Positions 1-7,403 of a DNA stretch of 64,000 nucleotides are shown in pieces (position 1 is the first letter of the stretch; every line of letters starts with the position of its first letter). The translations under genes were made by a program, and so were the position numbers. The notes below the pieces were generated by a model. That model made no database searches. It was given only the letters and a program-made list of their open reading frames with translations, and had not been told where the DNA came from. The stretch is from Nitrospira sp. (GTDB lineage: Bacteria > Nitrospirota > Nitrospiria > Nitrospirales > Nitrospiraceae). The DNA lies in the NCBI GenBank assembly GCA_047150005.1, contig AP038806.1, forward strand, positions 2,592,001 to 2,656,000, given 5' to 3'.

Positions 1-1900
1 TTGGCAGTGTAAGGCCGTTGCCGCCGGACAACAGCGTGTCGTAGAAATGGGTGGCGAAGAGTCTTGCCGGTTCCGATGGGACTTCCCACGCGGCCCCGAT
101 GTAATCGAATACACCCTGCTTGAAGAATTCGTCCGCGAGGCCGGCCACTAGGAGCGGGTGCCCAGGCAGCGTCCCGTCTGGGGAAGACCGGGTGCCGTCG
201 GCCTCCCCATTTTTTGAAAGTTGTGCCGACAGACAGGCATTGGCCATGACGAGTTTCGGTGCTTCCTCCATACCCTGAAGCTCATTGGCCGTGAGAGTCC
301 CTCCTTCGAATATCCAACCTGTGAGGTCCGCATTGCTCTCGTCGAATGTGGCATGCCCACAGTAGTGAACGATATCGAATCCACCATTGAGGAGTAGCTC
401 AATCACGTCCTCATACAATGCGGGAGGAACGCCAGATATCATGCCGGCGCCGGTACCTGGCTGCGGACTGCCAATCAGCAAAGTGGTTTCAACTCCATGC
501 TTCCTGAGAGTTGATGCGATGATCTCTCCCTCCTTCTGTCCTCCATTCAGCGGAAATTGCGGCCCCCCCGGATCGGCGATGACAAGCGCCTTGAGTCCTG
601 GCCGGACGACCGGTTGAAATGGCCGGGGGCTATAGAGCGTCCGCAGCTGCCGCGCTAGGGGCCGCACGACAGCCAATGGGGCAGCGGCCTTGTCCGAAGG
701 CAACGCCTCCCAGTGGACTGCTGCGAGAGACCGGTCTACTTCGATGATGAGCGGGTCAAAGCGGATGAAGACATCCTTGAGATCCTTGTGAAGGACGAAG
801 CGGCATAGCTTCTTGGCATGATCCAGCACCGCCGTTGGTTCATCCTGTAGGCTGTTCGCGGCGCGTTGCACCAGCGGAAGCCGATTCGGAATAATGAGCT
901 CTGTGACCGTCGTCGTGTTCGTGATCGCGGTCGCATGGATGTCCTTGTTGAGTGCCCAGAACGACACGCGAGTCGGCACATCCAACGGGTCGTTACCATC
1001 ATCCGGTTCACGAAGACGGAATTGCATCGCCATCTCGCGGATCGCGACTTCCTTCTTACTTCCACAATGATTCATTTTCTTGAGGCGTTCCTCTACGCTC
1101 TTGCGAGTAGAGTCGGGCAGTTGCGCAAGGACATCGTGAAGTGCACGCGTCATGGTTGAGCTGCGCGCACCTCCATTGCCTGTGGCCAACGCAGCGAGCA
1201 TCATTGAACATCCAAAGTCCGGGGAAATGTGACCACCGCTGTTCTCGATGAGATTGCCGTGCGGAGCCAATAAGAGTCCGCCACGTTTGCGCATCTCAGG
1301 GTTCAGTTGCTCGGTGCTGCGCTTGACGCATTGGAGAACCTCCAAGGCTCGGTCGAGATCCCGTTCGACTATCTGCAGCCGTTCTAGGCCGAGAGGTCCT
1401 CCATCGAACGCGCTGCTGACCCCTTCTAGAAAGGCGTGGACTGCGTCTTTTACTTTGAGATTGCCTTTGCCGGAGCCAATTAACACAGTGCCCAGCGTTC
1501 TATGCTCCGGAAGCAGGCCAACAACCTGCGCGATTGAGCGGGCCAGAACTCGTAGCTGGCTGACGCCGAACGTTCCAAACGGCCCCATTCCAGCCAATGC
1601 CAGGGCTCGACCCTTCGGCAAAGGAAAGAAGATCACCTCGCCGAGGTTTCCGCGAATTGCCCCACGTCTTGTCAGCTCGGTAATGAGCAGCCTTTCCCCG
1701 TCCTTTCCGTTCGTGCCAGATACGAGTTCGTCAAGCTTTCGTTCGGCGGTCTGCGGAATTACGCCGATATAGTGGCCGACCGCCAGCACATCGGCGTCGA
1801 CGTTCTGAATCGCACCCCACACCACTTCAATGTGCAATTCCGTCTCCGATGGATGGGCCAGCTGACGAGCTTGGTGATATGCTTTCGTCCTTTTCGGCAT
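1..1900 (-). CDS. CHAT-domain (caspase-like cysteine protease) protein with N-terminal leucyl-aminopeptidase-N/macro-like domain; 3' end runs off the window
   Basis: Manual translation from ATG 1900 (MPKRTKAYHQ...HIEVVWGAIQNVDADVLAVGHY) stays open to the window edge, so the ORF track omits it. CHAT motifs: VHWEAL, LVIADP, FDIVHYCGH (His), LVMANACLS (Cys), GLADEFFKQGVFDYIGAAWEV. Confidence 0.85.
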   Translation of the reverse strand, partial: MPKRTKAYHQARQLAHPSETELHIEVVWGAIQNVDADVLAVGHYIGVIPQTAERKLDELVSGTNGKDGERLLITELTRRGAIRGNLGEVIFFPLPKGRALALAGMGPFGTFGVSQLRVLARSIAQVVGLLPEHRTLGTVLIGSGKGNLKVKDAVHAFLEGVSSAFDGGPLGLERLQIVERDLDRALEVLQCVKRSTEQLNPEMRKRGGLLLAPHGNLIENSGGHISPDFGCSMMLAALATGNGGARSSTMTRALHDVLAQLPDSTRKSVEERLKKMNHCGSKKEVAIREMAMQFRLREPDDGNDPLDVPTRVSFWALNKDIHATAITNTTTVTELIIPNRLPLVQRAANSLQDEPTAVLDHAKKLCRFVLHKDLKDVFIRFDPLIIEVDRSLAAVHWEALPSDKAAAPLAVVRPLARQLRTLYSPRPFQPVVRPGLKALVIADPGGPQFPLNGGQKEGEIIASTLRKHGVETTLLIGSPQPGTGAGMISGVPPALYEDVIELLLNGGFDIVHYCGHATFDESNADLTGWIFEGGTLTANELQGMEEAPKLVMANACLSAQLSKNGEADGTRSSPDGTLPGHPLLVAGLADEFFKQGVFDYIGAAWEVPSEPARLFATHFYDTLLSGGNGLTLP

Positions 1901-1904
1901 TGGC

Positions 1905-2948
1905 TTACCCTCCTCGTCGCCGCTTGCCCAGCCCCTTGCTCCTGGCAGGACCGGTGCGGCCTCGAGTTTGGATCTTGGGTACCCTGGAGGCCCAGACCGT
2001 CGCCCGTGTGACGTCTTCGCCACGGCATCCGGTGGACGGGCACACCAGAGAAACGTAACAGGTTCCGTTCGTCACGAAGTCGTTTTCTCCGCGAACCAGA
2101 ATGCCTTCCACGGTCATATTGCGCGCGTTGAGGACCGGTGAGCCGGAGTTGCCGCCGTATGTATCGAGGTTCGCGACGAAGAATGGGGCCGGACTATTGT
2201 CCCGTACCTTGGCGCCTGGGGCATATTTCTGAGGAAGGCCACAGGGGTGGCCGATGACGAAAACTGACTCTCGGTCGGCAATCTTCCCTTTAGTGCGAAA
2301 CGGAATAGGTTTGCGCCCACTTACCGGTCGATCAAGGCGGATGAGAGCCCAGTCGGTTCCGTCGGAGGCAAGCTGCCGACCGACTAGCTTCGCGCCGGCA
2401 TACACATCGTCCGGACCGAAGGTCGTGCGGACTCGCTGGCTATCGATCATCCGGAAGCCAAATACAAACCGGATATTCGCAAGATCTTGTTGACTCTTCA
2501 CACAATGACCTGCCGTCACCACAATGTCCGGCGTCACCAGGAAGCCGGAGCAAAAGCACCCGGTCTGTTGTGAAACGAACGGCTCGCTTCCGCAGAGCTG
2601 ATAGGCTTGCTGGTAAGACTCGGTCGTCAGTGTATAGGTGTCGTTGCCATCGCGCTGGAGGTCGGTCGATTTAACAAGTGCCACGACCGCGTCCGCGGCG
2701 GCGCGTACCTTCCTCGATCTGACCTGGTAGAGATCCTTGCGGTTATCGAGGCCATATATGACTCGCTGCCGGTCTTGCACGAGCTTGGTGAGTTGATGCG
2801 TCGGAATGTCCACCAGTTCCCGCGAGCGGCCGGATGGAGCCGGCGCAGCACGCTCCCGCTCCTGTCCACCCGCGGCAAACCGTTCACGACGACGTACCTC
2901 GGCGACCAGTTCATCGGCCGTCCACTCCTTGAGTGTCGAATCATCCAT
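1905..2948 (-). CDS. Trypsin-like serine protease (S1B-like) with N-terminal pro-region
   Basis: Triad motifs TAGHC, DWAL, GGNSGSP; R-VIYG mature-N-terminus-like motif; AGGAG RBS before ATG 2948. Confidence 0.9.
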   Translation of the reverse strand: MDDSTLKEWTADELVAEVRRRERFAAGGQERERAAPAPSGRSRELVDIPTHQLTKLVQDRQRVIYGLDNRKDLYQVRSRKVRAAADAVVALVKSTDLQRDGNDTYTLTTESYQQAYQLCGSEPFVSQQTGCFCSGFLVTPDIVVTAGHCVKSQQDLANIRFVFGFRMIDSQRVRTTFGPDDVYAGAKLVGRQLASDGTDWALIRLDRPVSGRKPIPFRTKGKIADRESVFVIGHPCGLPQKYAPGAKVRDNSPAPFFVANLDTYGGNSGSPVLNARNMTVEGILVRGENDFVTNGTCYVSLVCPSTGCRGEDVTRATVWASRVPKIQTRGRTGPARSKGLGKRRRGG

Positions 2949-2968
2949 GGCGTGACTCCTCTGCTGCC

Positions 2969-3955
2969 TCACGTCGACTTCGGAAGGTTAACTCCTGGAA
3001 GCCCATTGATCCAGCTGCGGTAGCGGTCAAGCCGGACATAGACCCCACCATCCCCGCAGTTGTGCATCGCGCTGTCGGTCGCGCGAGATGTCGCGCCGGC
3101 GAGCAGCCATTGATCGTCATCGGCGAGAATATAGAACGGCCCGCCGCTGTCCCCTGTGCACGTGTCCTGTTGGAGCAGTGGACGGCCGGCAACGAACTCA
3201 AATCCTGGGTCGCAGCCGTATGAAACCTTGTCATCCTCTCCATCGACTTTGCCGCGGCAGGCATTAGACGCAATCGGCACATCGACGAAGCGTTTCACGC
3301 CGTAGCCGAAGAATCCACCCGGGTCAGTATTCCCAAATCCCACGACACGGCCGTCGGTCGCCTTATCGATCAAGGTCTTCTTGGCAATCTTGCGCGGCTG
3401 TACGGTAGTCACGTTTTCACCCAGCAGCAGAACCATGAGATCATTGTGTTTGCCCTTATGATACTGGGGGTGGCGGACGCGCTTCCTGACGCGAACGACC
3501 GTGCCTGCTTTGGTCACATCTGAACCGAGGAAGATTCTGGTAGCGACCTCTGCGCAATGTCCAGCCGTAACAACCACGTTCGCCGCGATCAGTGTCCCGG
3601 AGCACCCCCATTGCGCGTCATTGCCGACGGCCACGCAGTCTAGAAATTCCTTGGGTGGGGTTTTGGCGCCGCCGATAATCCGCAGTCCACCCAGAGTGCG
3701 TCGGGCCAGCTCACGTGCATTTTTCAAATACCGTGGGTCATTGTAGATTTGGAAGCTTCTGGTCGGCGTCTCGGGCGACGCCATTGGAAGCTTCCGCTCG
3801 TGCCCTCGCTTCTCCGTCGAGCTTCGGAAATGCTGGTTTAGAACCCTCACGAATTCGGCATTGTCTCGGCCAGCATGCTCATTGGCGTATTCAATGGCGC
3901 GGCGAACTGCTGATTCGCGGTCATCAGCTGGCGCATCGATATGTGGTTGGTACAT
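2969..3955 (-). CDS. Trypsin/chymotrypsin-family (S1A-like) serine protease with N-terminal pro-region
   Basis: R-IIGG activation motif, CSGTLI, TAGHC, HNDLM, DTCTGDSGGP, GVYVRL. Confidence 0.92.
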   Translation of the reverse strand: MYQPHIDAPADDRESAVRRAIEYANEHAGRDNAEFVRVLNQHFRSSTEKRGHERKLPMASPETPTRSFQIYNDPRYLKNARELARRTLGGLRIIGGAKTPPKEFLDCVAVGNDAQWGCSGTLIAANVVVTAGHCAEVATRIFLGSDVTKAGTVVRVRKRVRHPQYHKGKHNDLMVLLLGENVTTVQPRKIAKKTLIDKATDGRVVGFGNTDPGGFFGYGVKRFVDVPIASNACRGKVDGEDDKVSYGCDPGFEFVAGRPLLQQDTCTGDSGGPFYILADDDQWLLAGATSRATDSAMHNCGDGGVYVRLDRYRSWINGLPGVNLPKST

Positions 3956-4284
3956 AGACCCTCTCTCTCCAAATTTGAAGGAGACATACTCTAGGTAGCC
4001 CCTTCGATTTAGTGGACAAGTGATTGTTAGGCCGCGTGATTTATCTCCCTTCCAGTCTTGTTCGGGGAGAAACGACTAAGCCTTTCAATGCCTAGGAGAG
4101 TAGCTCTCAGGTGTAGACCGTCTGATACCTCCTTTGGTGCAGAGATGTCAGAATCTACGTTTCGCAGTAACTAAATGATGCGTGCTCTAGGGCTCACAAC
4201 CAAAAACCTGTTCGCTGCTGCAGCCCAAGCAAGGATTAGACCCGTACAGAACACGTATTTTGAGGGATTCTGGGGTTGAAAGAG

Positions 4285-4339
4285 GGCTCACCTGAATCTA
4301 TTCCTGCCAACCGAGGATCAAATTCGATTCAGTTAAGCC
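4285..4339 (-). repeat. Possible degenerate attC site
   Basis: Minus strand GGCTTAACTGAATC...GATTCAGGTGAGCC: imperfect inverted repeat starting with RYYYAAC just after the FRG gene stop. R' box is non-consensus. Confidence 0.4.
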
Positions 4340-4365
4340 GAGTCGGAAACCCTGACAAATGCAGC

Positions 4366-5730
4366 TCACCAGTACAAACCTTCAGGTCTGGGGCAGGCAT
4401 CCAAGAGGGTCTTGAGTAGGAGGTCTTGATCACGTGGCGGAAACACATCTGCCACGCGCTTCGTCGTCACGCAGTCATCCGAGAGTTGTATTTGCGCGAT
4501 CACCAAGTGGCCATAGTAATTCTGCCGGTACCAAGTGCTTCCGACAAGGCAGCCAGCGCTTTGACGATCAACTCGTGGAGGGAGCTGTCTGGCCCAATCG
4601 GAGTCACCCCAATCGACATGCTGTATGCTCCGAAACGCAATCGCTCGGTCCCACTCAACGAAGACATAAAGAACCCGCGCAGCGCTTTGCGGGGGCCTCT
4701 CAAACCTACCGTCACTCATCTGCGCCTGCGTAAAGAAGAGCGCCGTATCTACGTCCGAGGTGATGTCGAGTATGCTGGCGAGATATCCGTACATTTGTAG
4801 CACCCACACCCAGGCGCTGTACTTGTAGTGAGCTAGAAACCACTGCCGCAGATCGTCCACCGCTGTCGGCACGCGAGGGTCAATGGCCATCTCTGCGAGT
4901 AATCCAGAGAACACCATGTCATCGTCGTCTCGCAGCGCCTGCTCCAAGCGATCTCTGAACTCCGGGTAGTGATCAAGCCACATCGGGTTTTGGCGAATTA
5001 CCCAGACTAGAAATGGCTTCTTCCACCAATGACTTGAGCCAGCGAAGGCATACCCAAAATCGACCTTTCCTGGGTTGCTTAGTGCAAATCGACCAAGGGA
5101 TGGAACCAGCGAAGGGTACTGGTGGACGAATGGCAGCGCCTCTACCAAAGGCGCATGGTAGGATTCTGGATACTCTCGTCGTTGTCCTCGGAGCCACAGC
5201 TTCGCCACTCGTCTGTGCCGCGAAATTGATGCCTGGATCTCAGCAAGAATTCTAGTAATCTCAGCAACCGATTCGGCCTGATAGTCCTTGATAGGAAAAC
5301 CAAGCCACTCTCTCATCCCGTCGAAATCTTCGAACAGCCGGTCTTTCTTGTCTCGTTCCTGAGGATGGAGGTGCACTCGAGCGTAGGCGGTGTTCAATAG
5401 CTCCGCGTCCTCATCTAGAAGGCTCTCGCCATTCAGCGTGAGCGGATTCGTGGGACGGAAACACAGACCAGAGATCTTGTCGCGCACGCGAAGCACAATG
5501 CGCTTGGTCGGGTCAAGCTGATCCTCAGCGTGCGAGAGAAGACCGCTGATCATCATGGCGCGCTCCGTCATGAGCTGCCTTTCACGGGGGCGCCAAGTCA
5601 CAAAGTGAAGGTCACCTTCGCTAGACGCGATGAGCTCCCGGATTGACGCAGGAGCTCCGGCGATACCTTCGCCAATTGTCTCGTCCCACGTTTGAAGATC
5701 GCCTTGCGGGTATGAGAACTGGTCAATCAT
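4366..5730 (-). CDS. FRG-domain protein (integron cassette)
   Basis: LWLRGQ, LVPSLGR, LQMYGYLASILDITSDVDTALFF and PRVDRQSAGCL resemble FRG motifs. ATG lies 23 nt after an attC crossover. Confidence 0.7.
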   Translation of the reverse strand: MIDQFSYPQGDLQTWDETIGEGIAGAPASIRELIASSEGDLHFVTWRPRERQLMTERAMMISGLLSHAEDQLDPTKRIVLRVRDKISGLCFRPTNPLTLNGESLLDEDAELLNTAYARVHLHPQERDKKDRLFEDFDGMREWLGFPIKDYQAESVAEITRILAEIQASISRHRRVAKLWLRGQRREYPESYHAPLVEALPFVHQYPSLVPSLGRFALSNPGKVDFGYAFAGSSHWWKKPFLVWVIRQNPMWLDHYPEFRDRLEQALRDDDDMVFSGLLAEMAIDPRVPTAVDDLRQWFLAHYKYSAWVWVLQMYGYLASILDITSDVDTALFFTQAQMSDGRFERPPQSAARVLYVFVEWDRAIAFRSIQHVDWGDSDWARQLPPRVDRQSAGCLVGSTWYRQNYYGHLVIAQIQLSDDCVTTKRVADVFPPRDQDLLLKTLLDACPRPEGLYW

Positions 5731-5753
5731 GGTCTATCGGTGCCGTCTTGTCC

Positions 5754-5834
5754 GCCCAACGTCGCGATTGACCGTCCCACAACAGCGGCGCGGCGCGATG
5801 CTGTTGTGGGTCCGTGTCGAATCGCATTTTAGCC
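5754..5834 (-). mobile_element. attC recombination site
   Basis: Minus strand GGCTAAA...GCGATTCGAC..CCCACAACAGC/GCTGTTGTGGG..GTCAATCGC..GTTGGGC: long imperfect hairpin with bulges and a GTTRRRY end, between two ORFs. Confidence 0.85.
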
Positions 5835-5849
5835 GTATCCAAAGTCACC

Positions 5850-6515
5850 CTAATAGTCATTTACTTGGAATGTATTGATCTGCTGGACCGTCAGCACAGT
5901 TGGTAGCTGGACCTCAACCCCTCCTCCAGCCTGCCCAAACGCGGGGGCGACGGTTCCGACGTGCACTAGAGTACCTTTTGGGAGTTCGTACTCCGCCACG
6001 TAGGAAGCGGGCACAGGAAGCGGCAACGCAAACCGACCTACAGTTGCGAACCCGCTATTGGCATAGGTCCTGTCCAGCTTGGTTGTCAGATACGTGCCGG
6101 CCGACAGTTGGCCTCCAATGAATCGGTGGTCCATTTTGGAGCTCAAGCACCTGTAGAAAACCGTGTCTGCAGTAAGGGTAGTGGAACCTATTAGTGGCAT
6201 TGCGCCAGCGCTTCCAATGTAGGCTGGTGAGATGTTTGCGGCCCGCAGCGCTAACAGGGCGGAACTTCTATCAGCATACACGGCGAGAATCGACCTGTCG
6301 GCGAAGCCTTGTGTGGTGGGCCATGGCGTCCCAGCAATGAAGTCGTTCACATCATAGAAGATCGGATCGTCATAGCATGGCAGCGCCGTTCCGTCATCTA
6401 AGGACGCAATGAAGCCCGAGCCCGTATCGATGATGTGGAAGTTCATTCCCGTTTCGGGATGAATCGTACCCAGCTGAAGCTGTTCAATTGTCAGGATCAG
6501 TAGCATCTTCGCCAT
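5850..6515 (-). CDS. Cassette protein with C-terminal TNT-like (putative NAD+ glycohydrolase) domain
   Basis: FYR...GTYLT...RFALP...YEL...GTVAPAFGQAGGGVE resembles the TNT motif order ending in G.IAPWFGQPGGG.Q. Confidence 0.55.
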   Translation of the reverse strand: MAKMLLILTIEQLQLGTIHPETGMNFHIIDTGSGFIASLDDGTALPCYDDPIFYDVNDFIAGTPWPTTQGFADRSILAVYADRSSALLALRAANISPAYIGSAGAMPLIGSTTLTADTVFYRCLSSKMDHRFIGGQLSAGTYLTTKLDRTYANSGFATVGRFALPLPVPASYVAEYELPKGTLVHVGTVAPAFGQAGGGVEVQLPTVLTVQQINTFQVNDY

Positions 6516-6528
6516 GGAATGTCCTTAC

Positions 6529-6591
6529 GGCTAACGTTGAACTCAGGCTGCAGCCCGTCAGGGTCGTCGCGCTTGCAGCGAATGGTTAGCC
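6529..6591 (-). mobile_element. attC recombination site
   Basis: Minus strand GGCTAACCATTCGCTGCAAG...GCCTGAGTTCAACGTTAGCC: perfect RYYYAAC/GTTRRRY ends, 63 bp. Confidence 0.9.
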
Positions 6592-7197
6592 GCTGCCGCT
6601 GATTAACTTCTGCGCTCTACTCGTGAGAAGCAGGTGCATGGCTCGACGCGTAAAGCACAACAGCCTGCTTTGAATTTACACAGGAAACAGACCGCCACCC
6701 TAACCCAGAGAAATCATTCAGCTCAATCTCCGGCGGCTTGATGAGCGATGCTCGCGTCCTGATTACATATATGACAAGGTCTAGAGCCGACTTACGGGAA
6801 AGGTACTTCTTCTCATTGGAAAGGCCTACGATCATGTCGAGAACTAGCTCGTAGATTTTGCCAATTGGTGGAATATAGTTGGCCACCGAAGGTAGGGCGA
6901 TTTGTTCAAGCATCTCCGCGGCCTTAGTTGAATTGTAGGTGTCCCTTATTATCCGGGTGCGCTGCAACCAGGGGCCGTCAGTTCCTTTACCTGAAACCTT
7001 GCCTCTCGGAACTCGGCGTCGGTCTTGCTCTCTTGTTCGAGCGACTGGAGTTCTGACTCCGGGGATGGAACATCAACCACCCTGAGAAATTCGGACACCA
7101 TCCAACGCTCTCGCTCTGACTTCACCGGATTGGAGAGGAAGTCCAAGTCTGCCTTCGCGGACTCCAGCAGATGCTTGAGGATTTCACGATCATCCAA
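6587..7197 (-). pseudogene. DUF1780-like (putative endonuclease) gene, frameshifted; first cassette
   Basis: ORFs 6949-7197 (FLSNPVKSERERWMV) and 6617-6967 (GWRSVSCV..AVVLYA..AP) look like the two halves of one DUF1780-like protein. Frameshift near 6968 and probably a second near 6630. Confidence 0.65.
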
Positions 7198-7220
7198 TTT
7201 CGTTCACTCCTAGGCACAGC

Positions 7221-7250
7221 GGCTAACTATGTTTAGGCCGATCCGCATAA
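7221..7250 (-). mobile_element. Putative attI site
   Basis: GTTAGCC core (minus, 7221-7227) just upstream of the first cassette RBS/ATG, with no attC hairpin upstream; lies between the intI 3' end and the array. Confidence 0.65.
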
Positions 7251-7301
7251 GAGCCGGATCTGCCAGTTCCGATCCGTATAACACGCCAGGACGGTTCGTG
7301 A

Positions 7302-7330
7302 ACCATACGCCATACCTGCTCTCGTTTCAA
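7302..7330 (-). promoter_or_regulatory. Putative cassette promoter (Pc)
   Basis: Minus strand TTGAAA-N17-TATGGT pointing into the cassette array. Confidence 0.55.
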
Positions 7331-7403
7331 TGAGTTGCGACTGTTGGCCCATTTTATCACGGGGTCTTATGCGGATCGGCATAACACGCTTCCTTCAATG
7401 GAT

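Noticed and set aside
148..1772. Short ORFs in the track over 148-1772
   Set aside because: They are off-frame or antisense shadows of the CHAT gene (minus strand, 1900 to window edge).
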